This document shows positions 48,687-57,531 of a stretch of DNA of 64,000 nt, one piece after another. The notes beneath the pieces were generated by a model. It made no database searches. It was not told the origin of the DNA and saw only the letters and a list, made by a program, of their open reading frames with translations. A program made the position numbers and the translations under genes. The stretch spans positions 51,598 to 115,597 of the forward strand of contig JBDRKI010000036.1 in the NCBI GenBank assembly GCA_043814095.1, read 5' to 3'. Source of the stretch: Armatimonadota bacterium. GTDB lineage: Bacteria; Vulcanimicrobiota; JACPDS01; JBDRKI01. Every line of letters begins with the position of its first letter. Positions within the stretch are counted from its first letter, which is position 1.

Positions 48687-49991
48687 TTATTTCCCCGTCA
48701 CACTCATATTATTAAACACTATATCGGGGTAAATTCCCCATGCATGTTCAATTGAAGTATTACTTATCTCTGATATATCTTTAAAACATTCATATATGTT
48801 TCCTGATACCATGGAATCAACAATTCTTCCCTGTAGTTTGCCGTCTTTTACAAGATATCCCATACCTATGTTTATGGAGAATTCCCCTTGAGTTAAGTTG
48901 CCGCTGTGCCATCCCAGCGCTTGCTTTACAACTATGGCTTCAGGCATATCTTTTATTATATCTTCCAGCGACCGGTTGCCTGGTACCACATAAATATTGG
49001 AAGGATAAGGGGCAGGAGGCACTGCTATTCCTCCTCCGTGCATTGTCTTTTTAAATCCGTTCCCTGTGGGCTGGGCATTTAACCTAGAAGAGGTTCTTAG
49101 ATCATACAGGAAGTTTTTAAATACCCCGTTTTCAATAATGGGTTTTTTTGATGTAGGTATACCCTCATCATCAAAAGGCATGCTCCCGAAAGCGTAAGGT
49201 ATATATGGGTCGTCATTGATGCTTACAGACGGGTGGAAGATTTGCTCGTTAAGCTTATTCATAAGAGGTGTTATCTTTTTCTCTAAAAATTCACCGCTTA
49301 CCCCCAGTGCCAGACGGTACAGGAGTCCCCATAAAGCCGTATGCGTGAATATGACAGGCATTTTCTTTGTTCCTACTGTCATGGGTTTTTCGGCTAAGGC
49401 ATATTCATTTATGAAGTTATCTATTTCATTGTCTTCAAACTCAAAATAATCACCGCTCATTTTATCTGTATAGATTTTAGCCGCGCCCTGTGTTGTATTT
49501 CCCACAAGCAGGATTTCATAGTAGGTTTTTGCGTAATCTCCGCTAAAGCCGTTTGTGGTAGCCATCTGTATATTACAATTTGTTTTTGATATATATAAAT
49601 CCGCGGGGATGTGTGCGGCTTTGCCTTTTAGTTTGTTTAATATTCCTTTCCCGGTATCTACTAAATCTTTCAGTGAGAGGTTTATCACTTTTTCAGAATA
49701 CAGGGATGTTTCGTAGTTTATGTCTTTCTGTTCGGCAAAATGGTATTCTTCCGGTGATGAAAACTGGCTTGTCTGGACCGCTTTATCTACAAGTTCTTCG
49801 GAAAATGAGTTCCCGCAGGTTCTTCCTATTCTTTTGTCTTTTAAAACACGCAGGGAAACTTCTTTATGTATTTTGGATTTTATCTCCTGGATCTGGTAGT
49901 TTTCAAATGATATCGGTATGCTTTCGGTATTAAACACTAAAACTTCAGCTTCATCTGAGGCTTGTTTTGCTTTATTGAGTAAATTTTCCAT
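48687..49991 (-). CDS. pmbA: TldE/PmbA family protein
   Basis: PFDDEG, FLYD, TGNG, GEFS, MVSGN, no HE motif; ATG 49991 follows GGGAG (track start 50027). Confidence 0.85.
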   Translation of the reverse strand: MENLLNKAKQASDEAEVLVFNTESIPISFENYQIQEIKSKIHKEVSLRVLKDKRIGRTCGNSFSEELVDKAVQTSQFSSPEEYHFAEQKDINYETSLYSEKVINLSLKDLVDTGKGILNKLKGKAAHIPADLYISKTNCNIQMATTNGFSGDYAKTYYEILLVGNTTQGAAKIYTDKMSGDYFEFEDNEIDNFINEYALAEKPMTVGTKKMPVIFTHTALWGLLYRLALGVSGEFLEKKITPLMNKLNEQIFHPSVSINDDPYIPYAFGSMPFDDEGIPTSKKPIIENGVFKNFLYDLRTSSRLNAQPTGNGFKKTMHGGGIAVPPAPYPSNIYVVPGNRSLEDIIKDMPEAIVVKQALGWHSGNLTQGEFSINIGMGYLVKDGKLQGRIVDSMVSGNIYECFKDISEISNTSIEHAWGIYPDIVFNNMSVTGK

Positions 49992-50020
49992 ATAAATCTC
50001 CCGGTTTGTTTGATTGATTT

Positions 50021-51385
50021 TTAACATCCGCCCACCGCTACTTTCTCAACACGCACATGGGGTGAGCCGACCCCGCTTTTCCATAGGGTCTGGCCGCCCT
50101 TGCCGCAGCCTCCGCTTTCCGAAAAGGTGAGGTCATCCGCTATGCCGGTTATGTTTTTTAATGTTTCAAATAGATTGCCGCTTAAATTTATATCCCTTAC
50201 CATTTTGGTAAGCTTGCCGTCTTCAATCATATAACCGGCTTGGGCTCCGAAAGTGTAAACATCTCCGCCTGTCTGACCGCCTTTTGCTCCTATGATGTAG
50301 AGCCCGTTTTTTATGTATTTTAAAAGGCGCTCAAAGGTGCTGTTCCCGTTATCTATATAGATATTAGACATCCTTATAATAGGTTCAAACGAGAAATTTT
50401 CCGCCCTTGCATTTCCCGTTATCGGTTCGCCGAAATTAAGAGCTGTTTTTCTGTTGTGAAGCCGTCCGGATAATACTCCATCTTCTATAAGGTAGGTTTT
50501 CTGTGATGGTACTCCTTCATCATCATATTCATAATAGCCGGGCTTGCCGTATAATGTGCCGTCATCAACAACATTTAAGATCTCAGTCCCGAAGGTGTCT
50601 CCCAGCTTCATTTTGTCTTTAATGGGATTGTTTTCAAGAAGGTCGGCTTCGCTTAAGTGGCCGAAAGCTTCATGTATGAAAACCCCGGCTATCTCCGGAT
50701 CCAGAAGAACGGTATATGTTCCGGCGGTTACTTTTTCCGCCTTTAAGAGGTCCTGGGCGAGTTTTATCTGTTTTTTTACTGTATCTTCTCTTTTTAAAAG
50801 AGCTTTATAATCCTGCGATCCGCCCAGGGACAGGCGGACCTGCTGTATTATATCTCCGCTTTTAGCGTATATACTGCCGCCTATATATACTATCATCTGC
50901 TCCTGTTTTATTCTCGCGCCTTCGCTTGAGAGGAAATATTTATCCCAGAATACTTCTATATATGATAGATCTGTATTAAAGATATTTTCGGAAGAAAGTA
51001 TCATATCATTATAATGAGAGAGCAGGTTTTTCTTCTCTTCTAAAGATATTGTTCTCGGATCAATCTCAGCGTCAACATATATTTCATCTTTTACGGGCTC
51101 TGCCGGAGCAAAATTTAATTTTTCCTGCGTGTTTTCAGATACAAGCAGAGAAGATTCTTTCGCGGTATTAAACGAAGACAAGGCCTGTTCGGGTGTATTG
51201 AACGAGGACATCCCCAGCCCGTTTTTATTCAATACCCTTATGAACCCGCCGTGGGTTGATGACTGATTTATGTCTTTTAATTCCTTTCCAGAATAATGTA
51301 TGGAATTTGCCGTTATCTGCTCATACCTTACATCAGAATAATCAACCTCTTTGTTATTTACGATATTTTCAAAAATTTTGTGCAT
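50021..51385 (-). CDS. tldD: TldD metalloprotease
   Basis: IHEAFGHLSEAD, YDDEG, RMSN, GCGKGGQ. Confidence 0.92.
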   Translation of the reverse strand: MHKIFENIVNNKEVDYSDVRYEQITANSIHYSGKELKDINQSSTHGGFIRVLNKNGLGMSSFNTPEQALSSFNTAKESSLLVSENTQEKLNFAPAEPVKDEIYVDAEIDPRTISLEEKKNLLSHYNDMILSSENIFNTDLSYIEVFWDKYFLSSEGARIKQEQMIVYIGGSIYAKSGDIIQQVRLSLGGSQDYKALLKREDTVKKQIKLAQDLLKAEKVTAGTYTVLLDPEIAGVFIHEAFGHLSEADLLENNPIKDKMKLGDTFGTEILNVVDDGTLYGKPGYYEYDDEGVPSQKTYLIEDGVLSGRLHNRKTALNFGEPITGNARAENFSFEPIIRMSNIYIDNGNSTFERLLKYIKNGLYIIGAKGGQTGGDVYTFGAQAGYMIEDGKLTKMVRDINLSGNLFETLKNITGIADDLTFSESGGCGKGGQTLWKSGVGSPHVRVEKVAVGGC

Positions 51386-51401
51386 AAGGGCTCCTTTATT
51401 T

Positions 51402-52031
51402 TTATTTTATTCCTACCTTAGGACAGTATTCTTCTAACATACATATACCGCATTCAGGTTTGCGCGCTTTACATATCCGTCTTCCGTGGAGTATAAGCTG
51501 GTGGGGGAGGTCTATCCACGATTTTTCCGGTATTATTTTCATTAAATCCCGCTCAACTTTATCCGCCGTTTTGTTTTTTGAAAAGCCAAGCCGCTGGGAA
51601 AGACGGAGCACATGGGTATCAACAACTATGCCTTCAGTTTTTCCGAAAGAGTTCCCCAGAAGGACATTTGCCGTTTTTCTTGCAACCCCCGGCAGGGTAA
51701 TAAGCTCGTCCATATTATCAGGCACGCTCCCGTTAAAATCGGATATTATTTTTTTAGCAGAACCGATTATGTTTTTGGCTTTATTCCTGAAAAATCCGGT
51801 TGAGCGTATATCTTCTTCCAGTTTATCCTGTTTTGCTTTGGCAAAATCCTTTACGGACGGGTACTTTTTAAATAAACCGGGCGTAACTTTATTTACTCTT
51901 TCATCGGTGCATTGAGCTGAAAGGATCGTGGCTACAAGCAATTGAAAGGGGTCTTTATGTCTTAGATCTGTTCTTGCGGGCCCGTATTCTTTAGTCAGTA
52001 ATTTTAATATTTTATCAATGTTTTTATTCAT
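51402..52031 (-). CDS. nth: Endonuclease III
   Basis: LSAQCTD, LPGVARKTAN, VDTHV, CKARKPECGICMLEEYC. Confidence 0.95.
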   Translation of the reverse strand: MNKNIDKILKLLTKEYGPARTDLRHKDPFQLLVATILSAQCTDERVNKVTPGLFKKYPSVKDFAKAKQDKLEEDIRSTGFFRNKAKNIIGSAKKIISDFNGSVPDNMDELITLPGVARKTANVLLGNSFGKTEGIVVDTHVLRLSQRLGFSKNKTADKVERDLMKIIPEKSWIDLPHQLILHGRRICKARKPECGICMLEEYCPKVGIK

Positions 52032-52347
52032 ATATTTTGCTTAAAGCCACCAGTCTTGAATTTAATTTTTTGAAGAACGCCTGATTTTCTTTGCTGAAAT
52101 TTCTCCTGAATTCAACCATAATAATGTATATTTTATCATTATGCATCTTATAAATAATCCTGTAACCGGCTTTTCCTATTGAAAAATGATAAGAGTACAT
52201 CTTTACTCTTTCAAATTCAATCTCTCTTACCTTATTCTCCGGATCCTTCTGGATCTCAGGCAGGCAATTCCGGTAAACCTCTTTTCTTATCTGGCTGCCC
52301 ATCCAGAATAATTCCCATTTAACGGGATTAAGTATTACTATCTCCAT
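52024..52347 (-). CDS. RelE/ParE-like small protein
   Basis: 107 aa; IQKDP..YSYHF..GYRIIY..IYIIMV pattern. Confidence 0.5.
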   Translation of the reverse strand: MEIVILNPVKWELFWMGSQIRKEVYRNCLPEIQKDPENKVREIEFERVKMYSYHFSIGKAGYRIIYKMHNDKIYIIMVEFRRNFSKENQAFFKKLNSRLVALSKIYE

Positions 52348-52456
52348 CCTTATACCCTTGAAATAAGAAATTTTATAATAAATTCAATTAAATTACGGAA
52401 TTTCCTTTAATGTGGGAATGATAGAAAAAGGAAAGATAAATCAATAATAAAAATAA

Positions 52457-52484
52457 AACAATTCCGGTATATACCGGAATTGTT
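52457..52484 (-). terminator. Perfect 28-bp palindrome, probable terminator
   Basis: AACAATTCCGGTATATACCGGAATTGTT followed by a T-run on the minus strand, just after stop 52504. Confidence 0.7.
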
Positions 52485-52503
52485 AGTAATGAATCATAGC
52501 TTT

Positions 52504-53010
52504 TTAAGAATCCAGCATTTTCTTATTCATTTTATGGATTTTGTCTACAGTTGTTTCTAGAGAATTCGAATCTACTTTAACCCATTTAAAAATATTTTTA
52601 TCTCCGGCTGTATTTATATAATTCTCATAATTGGATTCAAAAGAATCGGGGACGGTAATTTTCTTTCCATGCACATTGGTATTTTCTGTAACATTATGCT
52701 GTTTTCCGTTAATATCTGTTCGGTAATTAATAGTAGAAAAATTGTAGTTTGTAAAGATTGATTCCAGCATATTGTTAAGCTCTGTATCTGTCGCTACTCG
52801 CGGTTTCTGTTCGCTTGTTTTAGATAGAAGATTTTTTGCTTCTGCGCGACTCATAAATCTGGCATCACTTTGTTTATTTGGGCGAAAAGTAAAAGCATGA
52901 GTTTCGGTATTATAAGAGCAAATTCCCCCTTTTTTATTAGTTAAAGTAATATTATTGTCTTGTTTTGATATGTTTATTTTTTCTTCTTTTGTCGATTCTT
53001 TTTTGTCCAT
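52504..53010 (-). CDS. Hypothetical protein, possibly 5'-truncated
   Basis: 168 aa; frame stays open upstream to 53070 with no ATG. Confidence 0.5.
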   Translation of the reverse strand: MDKKESTKEEKINISKQDNNITLTNKKGGICSYNTETHAFTFRPNKQSDARFMSRAEAKNLLSKTSEQKPRVATDTELNNMLESIFTNYNFSTINYRTDINGKQHNVTENTNVHGKKITVPDSFESNYENYINTAGDKNIFKWVKVDSNSLETTVDKIHKMNKKMLDS

Positions 53011-53038
53011 CTTTCCCGCATATTCGTTATAAAAATCT

Positions 53039-53254
53039 CTTAATATTAGGGTTCTATTAAAATTATGTTCTCAAGAGTGGGCCAAAAATCTTAAAAAAGC
53101 AGAAACGCTTACTCCTTTTGCTATTACAACAAGATATCCGGGCGAAGACGAAAAAGTAACTAAACAGGAAGCTCAGAATGCAATTAAAATAACTGAGAAG
53201 GTAAAACGGGAAGTTATTGATGCATTAACTTGTGAAAGTTTTAAGTTTATGTAA
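53039..53254 (+). pseudogene. 5'-truncated HEPN-domain gene remnant
   Basis: Own translation LNIRVLLKLCSQEWAKNLKKAETLTPFAITTRYPGEDEKVTKQEAQNAIKITEKV...*; matches the HEPN C-half pattern (HxLxxLLxLC..LT.Y...RYP..EA..A); no start codon. Confidence 0.65.
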
Positions 53255-53269
53255 GCCAGTCATTTTTAA

Positions 53270-53686
53270 CTATTCTATTATAAAGCGGTAGCTTTTTTCT
53301 GCCCCGCCATCTTTCTGTTGCTCGTTAAAGATTTCAGTTAAAGAGATCTTATGCTCCGGGTTTTTCTCCGAGAATTCTTCTATAAATTTTTCCATATTAC
53401 TGTTATCTAAATTACACACGTTGAAAAAAACCAGTTCATATGTTTTTACAATTCCTTTTTCCATAGTGCCCGCATAAAGCCGTCCGTCTGTTATGTCTCC
53501 CATAGAGTTGGGTTTATTCGGATCAATTTTAAAATGCATTAAAAATCCGGTATAAAATTGCTGGGCGAACCCCTTAATGTTGTTGTCTTTAACAATTTGA
53601 TCGGTTTCCAGTATGCGGTGATTTTTTTTATAATAACGTACCGCGCCCGCTGGTGTATTTGCAGAACTGGTTATGGGATCCGGCAT
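53270..53686 (-). CDS. Hypothetical protein
   Basis: 138 aa ORF with GGAGG RBS. Confidence 0.6.
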   Translation of the reverse strand: MPDPITSSANTPAGAVRYYKKNHRILETDQIVKDNNIKGFAQQFYTGFLMHFKIDPNKPNSMGDITDGRLYAGTMEKGIVKTYELVFFNVCNLDNSNMEKFIEEFSEKNPEHKISLTEIFNEQQKDGGAEKSYRFIIE

Positions 53687-53865
53687 ATATATTACCTCCG
53701 TGTTTCTCTACTATTATTATACATTCCAGGGGTCAAGTATTACAATCGGTCTTTTGACCTATTTTAATAAGGGATTTTTAAAAAACACTGTAAAAAAAGG
53801 AAAATTTCATTTAACATCTAAAAGTAAATATTTGTATGAGAAAACACATTTTTAAGAGGTGAATT

Positions 53866-54279
53866 ATGAAGACATTAACGGAATATTTGTTATTTAACAC
53901 CAAAAAAATAAGGGAATATATAAATATTACGGATGAAGTTGGTCAAATAGTAAGAAAAAGCGGGATTAAAGAGGGCATGGTTCTTGTATCTGCCATGCAT
54001 ATAACGGCAGGCGTTTTTGTTAACGATGATGAACAGGGCTTCTTACATGATTTAGATAAATGGCTTGATAAAATTGCTCCTCCCGGACTTCCTTATGAGC
54101 ATCACAGGACAGGGGAGACCAACGGTGATACACATCTTAAAAATATAGTCGTGCACCATCAGGTAATAGTCCCTATAACAAACGGAAAACTTGATTTAGG
54201 CACCTGGCAGAGAATATTTTACGCAGAATTTGACGGCCAGAGGCAGAAAAGGGTCATAGTTAAGGCAATGGGTGAATAA
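53866..54279 (+). CDS. yjbQ: YjbQ (UPF0047) family protein
   Basis: [29 protein letters not shown]. Confidence 0.9.
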   Translation: MKTLTEYLLFNTKKIREYINITDEVGQIVRKSGIKEGMVLVSAMHITAGVFVNDDEQGFLHDLDKWLDKIAPPGLPYEHHRTGETNGDTHLKNIVVHHQVIVPITNGKLDLGTWQRIFYAEFDGQRQKRVIVKAMGE

Positions 54280-54282
54280 TTA

Positions 54283-54597
54283 TTATATATTCTTTTCCAC
54301 AAACCGGCTTAATTCGTTAATATCGGCAAACCCTACAAAACGGTCTGCTTCTTTACCTTCTTTAAAAAGTATAAGACACGGTATAGCGCTTATATTATAA
54401 TTAGCGGGAGTGGCGGGGTTTTCATCACAGTTCACTTTTCCTATAATTAACCTGTCTTCGTATTTTTTTGAAAGTTCGGAAAGAACAGGCGTAAGCATCC
54501 GGCACGGTCCGCACCATTCGGCCCAGAAATCCGCAAGAACGGGCTTGTCTGAATCCAGTACTGTTTCTTTGAAATTACTGTCATTTATTTCTATCAT
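54283..54597 (-). CDS. trxA: Thioredoxin
   Basis: DFWAEWCGPC. Confidence 0.95.
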   Translation of the reverse strand: MIEINDSNFKETVLDSDKPVLADFWAEWCGPCRMLTPVLSELSKKYEDRLIIGKVNCDENPATPANYNISAIPCLILFKEGKEADRFVGFADINELSRFVEKNI

Positions 54598-54615
54598 AAT
54601 TTTTCTCCTTTTGTT

Positions 54616-55296
54616 TTATTTTATTTTTGACATAGTGGCGAACAACTCTGTTAATTTTGACTCCGAGAAATCATCTGCGCAGGAGCCGTCTTCTTTATAA
54701 ATCTTATATGCAGCGATTCCTGAAGAGGAGAAACCTGCTTTTTCATATCCCATGTTGAACATTTCTTCCACGGTTTCTTTAAATAGCGGAGTAATAACCT
54801 CTTTAAGTTTATTTATTTCGTCATCGCTGTATTCTACTTTTTCCGCAAATCTCAGTATATCTTTGTCTTCCTCGTCAAATTCTTCGGAGTTAAATTCAAA
54901 AGGTTTGTCTGAAAATTTTAAAAATTCTATTTCCATTTCGAATTTTGTAATAGAAAGCGTATCAGGATAAAGTCCTCTGGCGGTAGGCGGGCTTAATTCT
55001 ATATGTATTTTTCTGCCGCGCCAGATTCCTTCAAGCGAAACATAATTTAAAAAGGTGTTTTTAATGCTGCTTTTTTGCAAAAATGCTCTGACCGGCTTAA
55101 GAAGTTTTTTTCTGTAATCGGATTCTAATTTTATTGAACGCGAGAAAACCCAAAAAATAGAAAAAAACAGTACGGTCAGGAAAACAATCATAAGCAAGTC
55201 CGGTTCTAGGCCTTTATTTTCATAATACTTGTTTATCAAGATAAATAAGACCCCCAGAAATATTACAATAACCGCGTTTTTTTTAAATATATTCAC
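54616..55296 (-). CDS. Hypothetical membrane protein (2 N-terminal TMs)
   Basis: Two hydrophobic segments then a soluble domain. Confidence 0.6.
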   Translation of the reverse strand: MNIFKKNAVIVIFLGVLFILINKYYENKGLEPDLLMIVFLTVLFFSIFWVFSRSIKLESDYRKKLLKPVRAFLQKSSIKNTFLNYVSLEGIWRGRKIHIELSPPTARGLYPDTLSITKFEMEIEFLKFSDKPFEFNSEEFDEEDKDILRFAEKVEYSDDEINKLKEVITPLFKETVEEMFNMGYEKAGFSSSGIAAYKIYKEDGSCADDFSESKLTELFATMSKIK

Positions 55297-55422
55297 AAAA
55301 CAACTCGCAATATGTTTAATTTAGTATTTATCCTTATTTATTTTATTTTTTTCTATATATTCCTGCAGGAAGGAAGGAATTCAGTATCCTTAATTTAATA
55401 TATACCTTAAAATTTATAAGGG

Positions 55423-55450
55423 TTGATTTAATTTTGAATTGGTATATAAT
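55423..55450 (+). promoter_or_regulatory. Sigma70-type promoter of glyQS
   Basis: TTGATT-N16-TATAAT. Confidence 0.55.
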
Positions 55451-55487
55451 TTACTGGTATTAAAAAGACATAAAAGCGAGGAATTTT

Positions 55488-56954
55488 ATGATGGCAACTG
55501 ATATGGAGTTAATGGAAAAAATTACTTCTTTAAGCAAAAGACGCGGTTTTGTCTTCCCGGGTTCCGAGATATACGGGGGGCTGGAAAGCACCTGGGATTA
55601 CGGCCCACTCGGCGTGCTTCTTAAAAATAACGTTAAAGCCGCCTGGTGGAAGGCTGTTGTCCAGCAGAGAGATGATATGGTTGGTCTGGATGCCAGTATT
55701 TTAATGCATCCTACCGTATGGGAAGCATCGGGTCATGTTGAAGGATTTTCCGATCCCATGGTTGACTGCAAGCAGTGCAAAAAGAGATTCAGAGCCGATG
55801 ATCTTGAAGAAAATAAATGTCCCGAATGCGGCGGTGAGTTTACCGAGGTAAGAAAATTCAACCTTATGTTTAAAACATTCATGGGTCCCGTGGAAGATCA
55901 GGCTGCGGTTGTATATATGAGGCCTGAAACGGCACAGGGCATTTTTGTTAATTTTAAAAACGTTTTGAACGTAGCAAGAAAAAAACTCCCCTTCGGCATA
56001 GCGCAGATAGGCAAGGCGTTCCGCAATGAAATTACTCCGGGCAAATTTACTTTCAGGACAAGAGAATTTGAACAGATGGAGATAGAATATTTTGTAAATC
56101 CAAATAAGTTAACTGAATGTCCATTCATTGAAGAGTTTTTAGATTATGAGTTAATAGTTTACAGTGCTCAGATGCAGGATAAGAAAGAAACACCTCAGAA
56201 GATGAAAATTAAGGAATTGATTCAAAAAGAAATAATAAAAACAAAATGGCATGCGTATTGGTTAGCCTTTGAACATAAGTGGTTTACTAGCCTAGGTGCA
56301 AAGGCCGATAATTTCAGAATAAGGCAGCATCTTCAAAAAGAGAAAAGCCATTATGCATTAGATACCTGGGATCTGGAATATAAATTTCCTTTTGGATGGA
56401 AAGAACTTGAAGGATTAGCAAATAGAACAGATTTTGACCTTAACCAACATATCAAACATTCTAAAACTGATCTAAGTTTATTTGATGAAGAGACCAAGAA
56501 GAAGATTATCCCTCATGTGATATGTGAACCAAGTTTAGGTGTAGAGAGAAGTTTTTTAGTCTTTATGTTTGATTCTTACGAAAATGATCCTTTGAGAAAT
56601 AATGTTGTATTAAAGTTAAGTCCAAAATTAGCCCCTGTTAAGGTGGCTATTTTTCCACTAGCGTCCAATAAGGAAGATGTTGTCAATAAAGCAAAAGAAG
56701 TTTTCGATATTTTGAAAAAAGAGTTTGCATGTCAATTTGACAGGAGCGGATCGATTGGCAGAAGATATGCAAGACAAGATGAGATTGGAACACCATATTG
56801 CATAACAATTGATTTTGAAAGTTTAAAAGATAATAAATGCACTATAAGGGATAGAGATAGCACTAAACAAGTAAGGATTGAAATTGACAAAATCACTGAA
56901 TTAATAAAAAGATTATTAAATACTGAGCTTTCCTTCAATGAATTAGGGGATTAA
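55488..56954 (+). CDS. glyQS: Glycine--tRNA ligase (alpha2 type); apparently chimeric, bacterial 5' part and archaeal 3' part
   Basis: RRGF, WDYGP, RPETAQG, FRNEI, REFEQME, GWKELEGLANR, SIGRRYARQDEIGTP; style change near 56,090. Confidence 0.93.
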   Translation: MMATDMELMEKITSLSKRRGFVFPGSEIYGGLESTWDYGPLGVLLKNNVKAAWWKAVVQQRDDMVGLDASILMHPTVWEASGHVEGFSDPMVDCKQCKKRFRADDLEENKCPECGGEFTEVRKFNLMFKTFMGPVEDQAAVVYMRPETAQGIFVNFKNVLNVARKKLPFGIAQIGKAFRNEITPGKFTFRTREFEQMEIEYFVNPNKLTECPFIEEFLDYELIVYSAQMQDKKETPQKMKIKELIQKEIIKTKWHAYWLAFEHKWFTSLGAKADNFRIRQHLQKEKSHYALDTWDLEYKFPFGWKELEGLANRTDFDLNQHIKHSKTDLSLFDEETKKKIIPHVICEPSLGVERSFLVFMFDSYENDPLRNNVVLKLSPKLAPVKVAIFPLASNKEDVVNKAKEVFDILKKEFACQFDRSGSIGRRYARQDEIGTPYCITIDFESLKDNKCTIRDRDSTKQVRIEIDKITELIKRLLNTELSFNELGD

Positions 56955-56955
56955 A

Positions 56956-57360
56956 ATGCAGATTAAAGATTTACAAGCCAAACAAGGAAATGTTGATGTT
57001 ATAGTTGATGTTATCGATGTATCTGAACCTAGGGAATTTCAGAAATTTGGGAAAACAGGTAAGGTTGCAACGGCAATTGTCAAAGATGAAACTGGAGATT
57101 GTAAACTTTCTTTATGGAATGAAGATACTGAAAAGGTAAAATCAGGAGATAAGATCCATATTACTAATGGTTATGTCAGCGAATGGCAAGGCGAGATACA
57201 ATTAACTACTGGAAGAATGGGCAAGATTGAAGTTGTAAAAGAAGGAGATAAAGAGATTAAGAAAGATAAAGAAGGAGAGAAGCACGAATTTGAAGGTGCT
57301 GCAGAAAAAGAAGAAGAGTTAAGTGAAGAACCGGTTACTGATGAAGAAGAGATTGAGTAA
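56956..57360 (+). CDS. Archaeal single-OB-fold ssDNA-binding protein (SSB/RPA) with acidic tail
   Basis: KDETG..LSLWN..ITNGYV.EWQGE.QL..GR.G; Glu-rich C-terminus. Confidence 0.85.
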   Translation: MQIKDLQAKQGNVDVIVDVIDVSEPREFQKFGKTGKVATAIVKDETGDCKLSLWNEDTEKVKSGDKIHITNGYVSEWQGEIQLTTGRMGKIEVVKEGDKEIKKDKEGEKHEFEGAAEKEEELSEEPVTDEEEIE

Positions 57361-57377
57361 CCGAAAGTAATTTAAAT
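57361..57377 (+). promoter_or_regulatory. Archaeal BRE/TATA promoter of tRNA-Phe
   Basis: CCGAAAG...TTTAAAT about 27-33 nt upstream of the tRNA start. Confidence 0.6.
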
Positions 57378-57403
57378 GAGGTTTTAGTTCTTGGATTCTA
57401 AAT

Positions 57404-57531
57404 GGGACGGTAGCTCAGCCTGGGAAGGAATAGAATCCCTAAACCTTCGGCTAAGGAGAGCACACACATTTAAAATGTGGCTTTATACGCTGAAGACGTA
57501 GGTGTCACGGATTCAAATTCCGTCCGTCCCA
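57404..57531 (+). tRNA. Archaeal tRNA-Phe(GAA) with two BHB introns (57423-57454 at position 18/19; 57464-57485 at position 27/28); no encoded CCA
   Basis: Spliced sequence GGGACGG TA GCTC AGCCTGGGA GAGC A CTACG CTGAAGA CGTAG GTGTC ACGGA TTCAAAT TCCGT CCGTCCC A forms a complete cloverleaf. Confidence 0.9.

Noticed and set aside
55300-55487. T-box riboswitch before glyQS (or serS)
   Set aside because: The leader is too short after the promoter and lacks the T-box consensus; serS has only about 20 nt of intergenic space
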